Shown here: positions 38,488-48,335 of the stretch, one piece after another | How the letters are laid out: each line of letters starts with the position of its first letter | Numbering within the stretch: the stretch's first letter is position 1 | IMG/VR virus record: IMGVR_UViG_2845860650_000005 | Location: 1 to 64,000 of that record | DNA: 64,000 nt | Source of the DNA: a virus | Taxonomy: Duplodnaviria; Caudoviricetes | Reading direction: 5' to 3' (one strand) | Translations under genes and position numbers: made by a program | The notes under the pieces: model-generated | Told to the model about the DNA's origin: nothing | Database searches by the model: none | What the model saw: the letters and a program-made list of their open reading frames with translations, nothing else

Positions 38488-39303
38488 TTATCTATTGAAG
38501 TTAATAGACCCAGAAATTTCGGTAACTTTGTTGATTGATGACTCTTTGAAGTACGGCAAACTGTTTTGAGTCAAAAATAGATTGGCAATGCGTTGCGATT
38601 TATTCCAAGTAAATTCCCACACTTTAGGCGATGCGGACACCTTTGCAGGACTGAAATTATGCCCTGCCCATTCAATGCGGTCTAAATATTCAACATTAGG
38701 AAGATAAAAGCTGACAACAGCACTCAAATACTCAAATTCTCCAATCTCTAATTCCCCAGTTATTGATAGCTTTTGTCCCACCTCCAAAGATACTTGCTCG
38801 TTGGTATGAATAGTCAGAATCTTACCTGTTTGACTAAAACTGCCAATCCCGTCACCAGAAGTAAAAATTAATCCCTCGCTTGCAATGCTAGTGGCTATAA
38901 AACCTTCTGCCAATTCGACTATGTAGTTTGCAGGTGTAGGAACTTCAATTTCAGCTACTAAAAATGCTGGAATTTCTAGATTTTTTTGATATAAATAAAT
39001 ATTATTTTCATATTGCCAGAAAGTATCAGGAATAGCTGAAGCCGCATCAACAGTTTTTTGCCATAAAGAAATTTGTTTTGCTATTGAAACTGAGGTTGTT
39101 TTCCAGTATTTACCAATCGCAAAAGGTATTTCTAATACAACATTTTCTAATTCCCATCCTGGATTTGTCCACCAATTCGCATAGCAATTTATCCGTAGTA
39201 TAGGCGCTATTTGTCGATAATTATTTATCCAAACAATAAATGTAGGAGCTAATTTATTATTTACTGTATTTTGGGTAAGATTGGGACTAACTAACCTAAA
39301 CAT
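38488..39303 (-). CDS. Putative tail protein
   Basis: 271-aa ORF in the leftward structural operon. Confidence 0.55.
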   Translation of the reverse strand: MFRLVSPNLTQNTVNNKLAPTFIVWINNYRQIAPILRINCYANWWTNPGWELENVVLEIPFAIGKYWKTTSVSIAKQISLWQKTVDAASAIPDTFWQYENNIYLYQKNLEIPAFLVAEIEVPTPANYIVELAEGFIATSIASEGLIFTSGDGIGSFSQTGKILTIHTNEQVSLEVGQKLSITGELEIGEFEYLSAVVSFYLPNVEYLDRIEWAGHNFSPAKVSASPKVWEFTWNKSQRIANLFLTQNSLPYFKESSINKVTEISGSINFNR

Positions 39304-39683
39304 TAAGAATAGACTTGGCTTTCAAATAGCAAATCAATGCTGTCAAATATGTTGTTTCCGTTTACGGTAATAGGAGCAGATGGCGTTACTTTGGTTAGCA
39401 ATGCTGATGGTATTATGTACCCTAAAATATTGATATCTTGTGTTGTAGCGCTACCATTAATAAGTCCAGATATATTGTTTTCTCGCTCATTTTCTAAGAT
39501 AACTAAATCTGTATCTGTTGCACCTACAACTTTTAGAGTCACGGTTCTTTTGACAATTGGAATTTTGTTAACGTTACCGCCTCTGTTGATGTTAATGTCT
39601 AAGCTCTCACCGTCCCCGAAAGAAATTGCATCTTGCTTAAAGCCAAATCCACGGTACTGGAAAAAAACTACATCTAAAGCCAT
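39303..39683 (-). CDS. Putative minor tail (distal-tail-like) protein
   Basis: 126-aa beta-rich ORF, first gene of the leftward operon, TAATG coupling. Confidence 0.55.
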   Translation of the reverse strand: MALDVVFFQYRGFGFKQDAISFGDGESLDININRGGNVNKIPIVKRTVTLKVVGATDTDLVILENERENNISGLINGSATTQDINILGYIIPSALLTKVTPSAPITVNGNNIFDSIDLLFESQVYS

Positions 39684-39743
39684 AGTCTGTGCGGTTAATT
39701 AACTATGCTCTAAATTAACCCTTTTTCGCTAGTTATTAATGGA

Positions 39744-39761
39744 TTTGCTGTTTCGGCAAAA
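39744..39761. promoter_or_regulatory. Half-site TTTGCTGTTTCGGCAAAA related to the 24140 palindrome
   Basis: 16 of 18 nt match TTTGCTATTTCAGCAAAA; similar distance from a leftward ATG (61 vs 63 nt). Confidence 0.5.
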
Positions 39762-39848
39762 AAGAGCCGATACCTAAATCTAAGTCTGTGGTATTTGCTC
39801 ATGTTTGTACAAAAAAATACAAGTACAATACTAGATACTTTATAATTT

Positions 39849-40142
39849 ATGAATATGGAAATCAACAATCAAACTACTACTAATACTGAGCGTAAATATA
39901 ATGGTGTAACTTTATTTTTTGGGAAATACAAAATTCACTTAGACCCATTTGAGTTATTGTTGTTTGGGCTTGTGCTTCTGCCTACTGGAATTTGTATTCA
40001 AGATGCTTGGAATGGAAAATTGACTTTTAAAGAATCAATAACACGAATTTCCATGATTGCATTTTATAGTGCTGTGGTTAGGCTTTCTCCTACCGAGCAG
40101 ATTTCTTTTTGGCTATCGAATCATTATATAGGTAAGAAGTGA
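39849..40142 (+). CDS. Small membrane protein (possible holin)
   Basis: Two hydrophobic segments in 97 aa; basic C-terminus. Confidence 0.55.
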   Translation: MNMEINNQTTTNTERKYNGVTLFFGKYKIHLDPFELLLFGLVLLPTGICIQDAWNGKLTFKESITRISMIAFYSAVVRLSPTEQISFWLSNHYIGKK

Positions 40143-40143
40143 T

Positions 40144-40740
40144 GTGGAATGGCTGCACAAATTAAAGCATTGGATTTTAAATTTTATTTACCCTAAAAAA
40201 AAATATTATAAAGTCCCCAAACTAATGAGACGGTGGGATGGCGCTCACTGTGCCGTTTTGCGAATTCAACGCAATACTAAAGGTGGCATGAGTACTTATC
40301 GAATAACTTCTAGATATGGAGGATGTGATTATCTAATTACACTTGATGATTTATCAGAACTAAAAGCAGAATTACTTGGAGAATTCAATGGTATAACTAT
40401 TAAAATTCTTGGAGATAGTTCGCCACTCACGCACCGATTTTCGGTGTGGCGTATTTTTATTAATGGTAGTTCTTCTGCTATCGGTATATGGGATGTAGAT
40501 TTACAGGGAATCACCTCTAATTTGAATCTGCGACACCTTGCGCCAGTTCGGGCTGTCGCAGGTGTCGCACTTAAACCACTCTCATTGATTCATAGTAAAA
40601 AAAACTCTGAATTGAGTTGGCATAATCAAATGGAAAGAATTGATTGGATTGCTTTACTAGAGAGGCGAATTAGGGGAGAATTAAACAATCCATCTCACAA
40701 CATTAAAGCTACTATTGTTTACCAACAAGATAATGTTTAA
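40144..40740 (+). CDS. Hypothetical protein
   Basis: 198-aa ORF directly following the upstream gene. Confidence 0.6.
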   Translation: MEWLHKLKHWILNFIYPKKKYYKVPKLMRRWDGAHCAVLRIQRNTKGGMSTYRITSRYGGCDYLITLDDLSELKAELLGEFNGITIKILGDSSPLTHRFSVWRIFINGSSSAIGIWDVDLQGITSNLNLRHLAPVRAVAGVALKPLSLIHSKKNSELSWHNQMERIDWIALLERRIRGELNNPSHNIKATIVYQQDNV

Positions 40741-40797
40741 ATGTGGAACAAGCTCAAGTGCAAAGAATAATCCGCCACATTCCTGTAATTATCGGGA

Positions 40798-41003
40798 AAG
40801 GCAGAGGGCAGGAGGCAGAAGGCTTTTATCAAGAAAGGCAGAGGGCAGAAGGCAGGAGGCAGAAGGAATACTGTTTTCTGCACTCTGCCACGACCGGAGG
40901 GAGTAAGGGTTTAAGACCCCCACCACAATCTCTGATTTGGTGGGGGTCTGAATCCCCTTCTTAATTGTCCCTTCTGCCCTCTGCCCTCTGCCTCCTGCCT
41001 TCT
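40798..41003 (+). repeat. STRR-bounded MITE-like dispersed repeat, copy 4
   Basis: Same core as 17545-17755, with internal hairpin AGACCCCCACCA...TGGTGGGGGTCT. Confidence 0.8.
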
Positions 41004-41669
41004 TCAATCAATCGCTTGTACAGTCAGCGATTGAATTTCTGAGTCGTCTTGTTCAAAATCGTGAAGTTGATATTGCCATTGCCCATACAACAAAGGCATA
41101 TTTATAGCCACCCAATCAATTATTTTTTGAATCTTGCCTGAATCACCTAAGCTATCTGTAAACTCTTCATACCACTGTTCTTGGGTAACGCCCCATCCAA
41201 TACAAAATCCATCGCCTTGCATACTCTCTCGATAATTCCTAAATCGCTCTAACTCTTGTTGACAAGCATCTAAAAACTCTAGACTATTAACCGAACAATT
41301 GTATTTTTGTGCGATCGCCGAAGCTTGTTCCTCTAACTCTTGTCGTTTGGCATCTTGCTGGCGTTTTCTGTATTGCTGTAAATCTTCAACGCTCAAAATG
41401 TCATCATGACAATCTTGTAGAGCTTTGAAAAGCTGTTTTTTGGTGTTTATTCCATGACATCCAATTTCATTTTCTCTAATAAAATTAACTATCTCATGAG
41501 AATTTACAAGTTGCACAATATTGGGCTTTTCGTTGTCGTTACAGTCATAATCTAAGAATGAAATAGCTACACCCAACCCGTCAAATGTTGTAGCGACATA
41601 TATTTCGTCGTCTATTTTCTGTTGCTGCATACTCTCAATACGTGCTGAAAAAACTTCCCATCTTTCCAT
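41004..41669 (-). CDS. Hypothetical protein
   Basis: 221 aa; AGGAG RBS upstream. Confidence 0.75.
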   Translation of the reverse strand: MERWEVFSARIESMQQQKIDDEIYVATTFDGLGVAISFLDYDCNDNEKPNIVQLVNSHEIVNFIRENEIGCHGINTKKQLFKALQDCHDDILSVEDLQQYRKRQQDAKRQELEEQASAIAQKYNCSVNSLEFLDACQQELERFRNYRESMQGDGFCIGWGVTQEQWYEEFTDSLGDSGKIQKIIDWVAINMPLLYGQWQYQLHDFEQDDSEIQSLTVQAID

Positions 41670-41684
41670 GTCAACTCCTAGCTT

Positions 41685-41843
41685 TTACGAAAACAACTTG
41701 ATAATATCGAACACTAAATCAACGACCTGTCCACCAGCAGCAATACCTTTTTGAACTACTTGCCTAACATCATCAACCTCCTGCTTTTTAAGCTTTCTGG
41801 GTTGTGGTTGCGCGGCAAGTTTTTTAGCTTTTTTCCTAGTCAT
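41685..41843 (-). CDS. Small basic hypothetical protein (52 aa, MTRKKAKK...IIKLFS), absent from the ORF track
   Basis: ATGA overlap with the upstream gene; fills the operon gap. Confidence 0.6.
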   Translation of the reverse strand: MTRKKAKKLAAQPQPRKLKKQEVDDVRQVVQKGIAAGGQVVDLVFDIIKLFS

Positions 41844-42187
41844 GCTTCATCTCCATCATTTTCAATCTCGTCTGCTGTAGGACATGGTTCAAAAAAATCA
41901 GCACCATACGCACAGCAATTTCTAACAACAACCAAAGGGCAAATCTGTTCTCCAGTCAGCACCCACTGATTGATGTAAATTTCATCATCTATTTGTCTGC
42001 GGTGGGGTAAATCAACAGCAGGGGAATACCCCAACCTTAATGCAGCAACTTTAGTGCGATCGCCCTGTAGCCGATTAAAAGTCACAGTTCTTACTGGCAA
42101 TTCGTAGATAGCTGCTTTGCCACCCCAAAGCCCATCAAATACAGTAGCAACTTCATAGTCAATAACTAGATTCAGTTTGCTAATCAT
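41840..42187 (-). CDS. Hypothetical protein
   Basis: 115-aa ORF in the leftward operon. Confidence 0.65.
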   Translation of the reverse strand: MISKLNLVIDYEVATVFDGLWGGKAAIYELPVRTVTFNRLQGDRTKVAALRLGYSPAVDLPHRRQIDDEIYINQWVLTGEQICPLVVVRNCCAYGADFFEPCPTADEIENDGDEA

Positions 42188-42192
42188 TTCAT

Positions 42193-43212
42193 TTAAATCA
42201 ATTCCCAGTAAACATTTAACAACTCAATCGGGACATACCTAATATCAATTTCAGGATTAGCCTTTTGACAAGCTTGGGCAAACTGCCAATCTTCTGAGGC
42301 ATTGTCAGTGTGAGCGTCCCCTACAATCCAATAGTTTCTAAATGACTTACCAGCATCTTTTGTGATATTCAGAAAAGCCTCAATTCCTGGTTTATCAGTT
42401 CTACCTGTGCATGTTTCATGCACGAATATATTTGACAATAAGTTGTAATAAATTGAGTTATTGCCACCTTGGTTGGTTGCAAATTGCCAAACAAATCCAA
42501 TATCAAATTCTTCATCAAGGTAAGCAGCTAACAAACGTATTTCTTCTTCTAAAAAATCAATTGTTTTTTGCCCGGTTCCTATACCTCTTTGGTTGCTGAC
42601 AACGTATAGCAACGACGACCTCTTGTCGTATTTTTTTGCCCATTCTTCAAACTCTGGTACGATTTCAAAATCATCAGGCGATCGCGGAAAAGTTCGCCCT
42701 TCTTTTGGACATTTAATAGTTTTATACATGTCGAAAACAATTACATTTGGATAATCCAGGCCCCTCATTTGCACAGCAATATCTTTTGCAGTTATTCCTA
42801 ATTTTTGTACTGGATTAAACGGTTCCCATCCAGACCGCATACTTTCGAGTACCGCATCAGGAACATTGTGTGTAGAAGTTGTACGCTCCCCATTAGCAAG
42901 TATCACAGCTTCACTCGTAACTACATGAACTGCATAACCGTATTTAGCAGCTAATTCAATATACGGTTTGCGGTAAATATTACGGGTAAAAGTGTTATGT
43001 ACTATTATTTCCTCCTCCCCCGCTTTCATCCACTCTTCAACGGTGTTGTGACACCATTCATGAGACGTTTTTTGCAAGTCTGCTTGATACACCCCATCTA
43101 TATACAAATTTGGGTAGTCGTCTGCTGCGATCGCTTTTCCCGGTAGTTTCTTAGATAAAGAGGTTTTGCCATCACCAGGACAACCCATTACTAAAGTCAC
43201 GGTTTTATGCAT
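42193..43212 (-). CDS. Polynucleotide kinase/3'-phosphatase-like protein (P-loop kinase plus HAD-IIIA domain)
   Basis: GCPGDGKT, HNTF, HNVP; VFDMYKT, VVSNQRGI, KPG, IVGD. Confidence 0.8.
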   Translation of the reverse strand: MHKTVTLVMGCPGDGKTSLSKKLPGKAIAADDYPNLYIDGVYQADLQKTSHEWCHNTVEEWMKAGEEEIIVHNTFTRNIYRKPYIELAAKYGYAVHVVTSEAVILANGERTTSTHNVPDAVLESMRSGWEPFNPVQKLGITAKDIAVQMRGLDYPNVIVFDMYKTIKCPKEGRTFPRSPDDFEIVPEFEEWAKKYDKRSSLLYVVSNQRGIGTGQKTIDFLEEEIRLLAAYLDEEFDIGFVWQFATNQGGNNSIYYNLLSNIFVHETCTGRTDKPGIEAFLNITKDAGKSFRNYWIVGDAHTDNASEDWQFAQACQKANPEIDIRYVPIELLNVYWELI

Positions 43213-43451
43213 TGAAATAACTCCGTTTGTTTTTGAACTTCTACTTGAGGTAAAACTAATTCCTCAATATCTTGCTTAGAAACACATCTGTAGACTGGTT
43301 TTCTGTATTCAATGACCCGATTCATTGATTGGTCGAGAACTTCTCCAGTAACAGTCTGTTCTCTCACATCTGTGACTAGCAAAAGCCTATAGTCAGGCTT
43401 CTTGTCCGGGAGAGGAATTACTTTAACAATGTCGCCTTTTTGGTATTTCAT
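43197..43451 (-). CDS. Small SH3/KOW-like hypothetical protein
   Basis: YQKGDIVKV start; overlaps the next gene. Confidence 0.65.
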   Translation of the reverse strand: MKYQKGDIVKVIPLPDKKPDYRLLLVTDVREQTVTGEVLDQSMNRVIEYRKPVYRCVSKQDIEELVLPQVEVQKQTELFQCIKP

Positions 43452-43508
43452 TCTTAGAGATTAGCAGATTTTGTACTTAATCAATACAAAGTTTACATTT
43501 ATTTACAA

Positions 43509-43922
43509 TTAAAATGGGAGAATCGCATCTAGAATTTCTCCGAACAGCGTTTCTGTCTCTATTGAGGCGTTAAGAGTGGTTAATCTATTCTGCTGTTGAA
43601 AATACTGCAACACTTCTTTTAGTTTTCCAGATTCTTGATTTAGCTTTAAGTAGATAGCAAAATCAAATTCTGTAATCATGCGACATTGGCTAAGATTTCG
43701 TGGAAAACTATCAATTATCCAGCTTGGTTTCAATAAAATATCTTTTGCTGCTTCAACTACAGCAGGATCATCCAAAAACTGCCAGTCATAGTATGAAGTG
43801 GTGTAAAACTCAGCCAGTTTTTTACCTTGGACGTTCTTGATAGAATTAGAATCGCTTAATAAAATAATTCTCATCTCAGTAACCGCAGTGCAGCAAATAA
43901 TATGATTTTCAATCATTATCAA
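43509..43922 (-). CDS. Hypothetical protein
   Basis: 137-aa ORF. Confidence 0.6.
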   Translation of the reverse strand: MIMIENHIICCTAVTEMRIILLSDSNSIKNVQGKKLAEFYTTSYYDWQFLDDPAVVEAAKDILLKPSWIIDSFPRNLSQCRMITEFDFAIYLKLNQESGKLKEVLQYFQQQNRLTTLNASIETETLFGEILDAILPF

Positions 43923-43940
43923 TACTATGTCGCTAAAGTA

Positions 43941-44007
43941 TAATTCGTAAGTCGTAATTGGTAATTGAGTTTCTTAATTACGAATTACGACTTACGAATT
44001 ACGAATT
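43941..44007. repeat. Second heptamer repeat family (CGTAATT / AATTACG) in inverted arrangement
   Basis: TAATTCGTAAGTCGTAATT...AATTACGAATTACGACTTACGAATTACGAATT; a short copy also at 47340-47358. Confidence 0.75.
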
Positions 44008-47000
44008 ATTCAAGGTCTTGGGCGTTGATGCTCAACTCTTGCTCTAAATAAGCTTTCTCTTTCTTGAGTTCGAGTATCTTGCCGTTCACCAAATCCCGAT
44101 CGCACCTTTTAGATGCCAGTTGTTGGGTGGATTCTTCGAGTTGTCGGCTAAGGATTTGTAAGCGATTTTGCAAGTGGCGATCGCTCCCGGCAATCTTCGC
44201 ATGGCATTCCCGCATATTCCTAATCAATCGCTGTTCGGTCAAACGGTAAGCAAAATCATAATTACCTTCACCTTTTAACCACAACTCAACACTTTCACCT
44301 TTTTTACTTACATGGAACCTGCTGATGATTTGCATACCACCATATTCACCAATGCATATTGGCAGACTAGAGAGGAAGTCTTTATCGCTTGCTTCTAAAT
44401 CTAGAGTAGTTTTTTCTAAATTAGCTTTGATGATTTGGTGAATGTGGGCATCAGCTAATTTAATAGCTTTCTCGTTTTCTTGTTCGTTGTAGGTTGTATC
44501 TCCTACTTTGCAAACAAAGTATGGATTGTTAATGTGAGATTTAGCAACTTCAACATCGTTTTTACCTAACTCCAACTGATTAGCTACGTACTTAATATTG
44601 GCTTTGATAACAGGCAAGCTAATATCACTAGAACCAATATTTAGTTGATTGATTTCTCTGAGTAGCAAATTAGCCCGACTTTCTTCCATTTCTAACTCGG
44701 TTTTGAGTTCCATGTACCGCATAAACCGTATGTCGCCGCTAGCGTGAGCCGACAACATCATAAATAACAATAGCTGGTCGTCTTCCTCAACTATCCTCCT
44801 TACCGATGGGTCACCCCTTAGCACTTGTTCGCGGGATTTTAGCTTAGTTTGTAGCAAGTGCATTTGAGCGGCGTCGGCCCCGAAGTTCCCATTCTTGCCT
44901 TGAGTCAGATATTGATAAATGATAACTTCCTCGTTTTCGTTCCCGCTTCGCACTGGGCGACCTAATCTTTGCTCGTACTCGTCTGGGCGTCTAGGAATAT
45001 CGAGAAAGTGAGCAATTTTTATTTTCCTTTGCATATTGACGCCAATACCCATAGGTTCGGTGGAACCGAAAACTACTCTTACTTCCCCAGTGTTTACTTT
45101 ACGGCTCAACTCCTTTTTAGCTTTGCCTTTGGAGTGATCTTGAATAAAGGCAATTTCCTCCTTGGGGATGCCCTTATTTATTAACTGCTGCCGCATCCAT
45201 TCATAAATTCCAAATTTGGCACTGCCCCCAGGTGTGCCCATATCCAAAAATACCAACTGAGTTGAGCGTTGCACTTTAGTTAGCTTCCACCATCTGTAAA
45301 TCCGCCGCACTGCCTGATTGATTTTATCGAGCCGATTAATTGCTTGTTCTGGGTCGATTAACTGTGGCGCAATCATCAGTTTTCTGGCATCGGTTCCCAA
45401 AAGTAAGTGATTGTCGAACTTTTTCCCCCACTTCAAACCCAGCGCCGCCGCTTCTTTCTCGGTAAAAATCGGTTGATGAGTATCTGGATGTAGCAATCTA
45501 TTACCCTCTTCATCCAATAAAAAACCCGCACTGTCGCGGGAGGGAAAAGTCAATGGTTCATCGTTGATTATCCAAGTGCGCCGCTTGGCTATCATGTCCA
45601 TCTCATACTTCTGAAATTCAGATAAAGGTGACATCACAGCCTTTACCCTATGTTTAGGGCGAGTAAACCCAGCTTGCCCAGCAACGTCATCAAACCGCTT
45701 GATATGACAAACCTTGAGGTACATTTGTAACAACTCAGGAACGTTGACAAATTCCGCAAACCTCTGAGAAACTATCAAATCCCCTGAAACACTGGGTTCC
45801 AATTTAGAAACAATCCGCCCAAAAGTAGCTGCCCAAGCGTCGAAATGAGCCAGACCCCTTTGCTCTAGTTCCTCTGGCTGCAAATAGCACTGAAATATAT
45901 AAACCCCGACTAACGAGTTTGTGGGTTCTGGAGTCCCGGTAACCATCATCAAGAAATTGTTATGGTAGGTCTTCCGCATCCATGCCAATTTCAAATCGAA
46001 ATCCTGTGACCTACCTGAAGGCGATAAATTTATCCCCTTAGCTTGAATTTTCGTAGAGAAAAAATTGTTTTTGAAGCGTTGACACTCGTCAACTATTAAA
46101 AGCGACACCCCAAGGTCTTCAAAGTGAATACCGACATCGTGACAAGTTGTTAACTCCTCCAAATGCGCTGTAATCTTGTCGCGCATCTCCTCCAATCGCT
46201 TGACTATGCGGTTGCCGCGCTTTTTCCCAACCTTTTCACTTGTTTCACCCTTGGAGTAAAGTGCCTGTAGGTCAGACTCAATAATTGCCAATTTTTCCTC
46301 AACAAACAATTTCTCTGTTTCGACGCGAGTTGGTATCGCCTTGAAAGTTTCATGAGTAATAATGATTGCGTCGTAGTTCCAAAATGCGGCTTTTGCTAAG
46401 AACTTCTGCCGATTCACCCCCGCACAGTCTTCAGGTGCAGCACAAAGTACGCTAGCATGGGGATAAGCTTCTGTAAAAGTATCGTGGAAATCAGACAAAG
46501 TCGATTTCTGGACTACAAACATAGCTTTCGTGCTGGTTTTGTGAAGTTTACGCAGCATTGCAGTGGCGATCGCTGAAATACTTTTGCCCAATCCCACCTC
46601 AAGACCCAGCAATCCATTACCATTAACCGACATTCGCCAAATGGAATCTAATTGGTAAGGTCTAAGCTGCTGCACCCACTTTTGACTCATTCCCGATCGC
46701 ACCAAAACATCCCGGAACCCAGCAGGTGCAGAATCGTCCCAGTTGGGTAAAACCAACCGATTGAATTTGTGATTGTAAATCTTTTCTAGTTCCAGTCCCC
46801 TTTCCCCTTCCTTGCACCAATCAACCCAAATCCTTTGTAGTTGCTGCTGCTTCAATGCGGCTTCCCTTCTTGCAATTCGGTCTGCAATCTGTGGAACTTT
46901 GAAATGCATCGCCATCGTAAATAGCCCGTCCTCAATTTTCGTGCCGACAGCAGGGAGGTTTTTGGTTACTTGTTGCCCATTTTTGCGCTCAACGACGTAG

Positions 47001-47329
47001 CTATAGCCGTAAGTTACAGTATTGGCGTCAGAATTACATCTTCTTGTATCGATTTCCCAGTTACCACTAACCGTCGAGTAATAGAAGCTGGCATCAACAT
47101 CAAATACATCTAGTACAAACTGTTGGTAATATTTGGTGGGTATCCAGGTTGCTCCCACCGTGATATCAATATCTGCGATCGCAACATTTAGCGGTAGTAT
47201 TTTCCTCAAAGCTTGCACTTCCTCTTCAAAGGAAGCATCAGCTTCAAAAGCTTTTTCAGCTTTCTCTAGCTTGGACAAGATATCACCAGACAAGAATCTA
47301 TGAGCATCAACAATTTGGAATGGGTACAT
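44006..47329 (-). CDS. SNF2-family helicase; C-terminal part of a DarB-like methylase-helicase
   Basis: FLSGDILSKL, VGATWIP, LRPYQ, EVGLGKS, VDECQRFKN, TGTPEPTNSL, STQLVFLD, GIGVNMQ, EQRLGRPVRSGN. Confidence 0.9.
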   Translation of the reverse strand: MYPFQIVDAHRFLSGDILSKLEKAEKAFEADASFEEEVQALRKILPLNVAIADIDITVGATWIPTKYYQQFVLDVFDVDASFYYSTVSGNWEIDTRRCNSDANTVTYGYSYVVERKNGQQVTKNLPAVGTKIEDGLFTMAMHFKVPQIADRIARREAALKQQQLQRIWVDWCKEGERGLELEKIYNHKFNRLVLPNWDDSAPAGFRDVLVRSGMSQKWVQQLRPYQLDSIWRMSVNGNGLLGLEVGLGKSISAIATAMLRKLHKTSTKAMFVVQKSTLSDFHDTFTEAYPHASVLCAAPEDCAGVNRQKFLAKAAFWNYDAIIITHETFKAIPTRVETEKLFVEEKLAIIESDLQALYSKGETSEKVGKKRGNRIVKRLEEMRDKITAHLEELTTCHDVGIHFEDLGVSLLIVDECQRFKNNFFSTKIQAKGINLSPSGRSQDFDLKLAWMRKTYHNNFLMMVTGTPEPTNSLVGVYIFQCYLQPEELEQRGLAHFDAWAATFGRIVSKLEPSVSGDLIVSQRFAEFVNVPELLQMYLKVCHIKRFDDVAGQAGFTRPKHRVKAVMSPLSEFQKYEMDMIAKRRTWIINDEPLTFPSRDSAGFLLDEEGNRLLHPDTHQPIFTEKEAAALGLKWGKKFDNHLLLGTDARKLMIAPQLIDPEQAINRLDKINQAVRRIYRWWKLTKVQRSTQLVFLDMGTPGGSAKFGIYEWMRQQLINKGIPKEEIAFIQDHSKGKAKKELSRKVNTGEVRVVFGSTEPMGIGVNMQRKIKIAHFLDIPRRPDEYEQRLGRPVRSGNENEEVIIYQYLTQGKNGNFGADAAQMHLLQTKLKSREQVLRGDPSVRRIVEEDDQLLLFMMLSAHASGDIRFMRYMELKTELEMEESRANLLLREINQLNIGSSDISLPVIKANIKYVANQLELGKNDVEVAKSHINNPYFVCKVGDTTYNEQENEKAIKLADAHIHQIIKANLEKTTLDLEASDKDFLSSLPICIGEYGGMQIISRFHVSKKGESVELWLKGEGNYDFAYRLTEQRLIRNMRECHAKIAGSDRHLQNRLQILSRQLEESTQQLASKRCDRDLVNGKILELKKEKAYLEQELSINAQDLE

Positions 47330-47371
47330 AGGTAATTTCTAATTCGTAGTTCGTAATTGAGGGCATGAAAA

Positions 47372-47397
47372 AGCGATCGCATTTTGGTGCGATCGCT
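47372..47397 (-). terminator. Hairpin formed from two HIP1 octamers, followed by a T-run on the minus strand
   Basis: AGCGATCGCA-ttttgg-TGCGATCGCT; near-duplicate at 61765-61792. Confidence 0.6.
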
Positions 47398-47423
47398 ATT
47401 ACAGAATTATTTTTTGAGAACTA

Positions 47424-47720
47424 TCAGCTATCTTCTATCTCGATATCTACATAAACATAGTTAGAAGCTCCTGCACCTGCTGTATGTATATGAGAATAAA
47501 CTTCTACAACACGACAAAGTTTTTTACCCAAATAAAGCTTTTGATCGGATTCTAAGTTTGTTGCATAACTCCCTAAATATACTTTCTGTTGTTTGCTCCA
47601 TCGATAAAAATCTGGGTCGTACTTGTTATTTTCATCATCCCAATCAACAGGTTGTTTATAAAAAGCAGCATTACACCTGCCTTGCTCGTCAACCGTTACA
47701 GACTCTATTCGCTTATTCAT
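47424..47720 (-). CDS. Hypothetical protein
   Basis: 98 aa; GAGG RBS. Confidence 0.7.
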   Translation of the reverse strand: MNKRIESVTVDEQGRCNAAFYKQPVDWDDENNKYDPDFYRWSKQQKVYLGSYATNLESDQKLYLGKKLCRVVEVYSHIHTAGAGASNYVYVDIEIEDS

Positions 47721-47722
47721 AC

Positions 47723-48124
47723 TTAACCTCTCAATGCCTCATTAAAATTAGCGATCGCAATACAATCTACAAATCTAAATTCACCAGATTCCGACTTAGA
47801 AGTTATCAATCGTAAATTAGGAGAATCGGAATTTGGAAACTTATCAAACACTGCTAAATACAGTTGGTCGCACATATCCAATAAATGTTCTCTGGCAATT
47901 TGAGCTTCATCCATTTGAACTCGCTGCAACATAACTTCAGGAGTGCCAAGCTTTTTACCTAATCTTTCTTCCTCTTCTTCGCCCATCCTACAAAGAGCTT
48001 CGCCTAATAATTCTGTAACTTTTGCATCAACTACTGCAAAATCCACCCCTGAAAAATTTGTAGCTGATTCAACTAGTAATTTAGCTGCTGCAATAACAGC
48101 ATTTTCACAAATTTCTTTGTCCAT
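47723..48124 (-). CDS. Hypothetical protein
   Basis: 133-aa ORF. Confidence 0.7.
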   Translation of the reverse strand: MDKEICENAVIAAAKLLVESATNFSGVDFAVVDAKVTELLGEALCRMGEEEEERLGKKLGTPEVMLQRVQMDEAQIAREHLLDMCDQLYLAVFDKFPNSDSPNLRLITSKSESGEFRFVDCIAIANFNEALRG

Positions 48125-48164
48125 GATTTTATATGTGGGAGTTTTATACTCCCACTAAAACTAA

Positions 48165-48335
48165 CTACTCAATTGTTTTCCCACCTGGCTTATTAGATTG
48201 ATCGAATCCAAAATCACCATTCAACCAATCATCATCAGAATTTTTATCAACAGGATTGGGTTGTCCATAGACTTGTTTTCCACCAACCCACTGATTATTT
48301 TTTTGAGGTTTCTTTTTTGGTTTTTCCTTACTCAT
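48165..48335 (-). CDS. Small hypothetical protein (56 aa, MSKEKPKKK...KTIE), absent from the ORF track
   Basis: ATGA overlap with the vWA gene; followed by the GTGGGAGT/ACTCCCAC hairpin. Confidence 0.55.
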   Translation of the reverse strand: MSKEKPKKKPQKNNQWVGGKQVYGQPNPVDKNSDDDWLNGDFGFDQSNKPGGKTIE

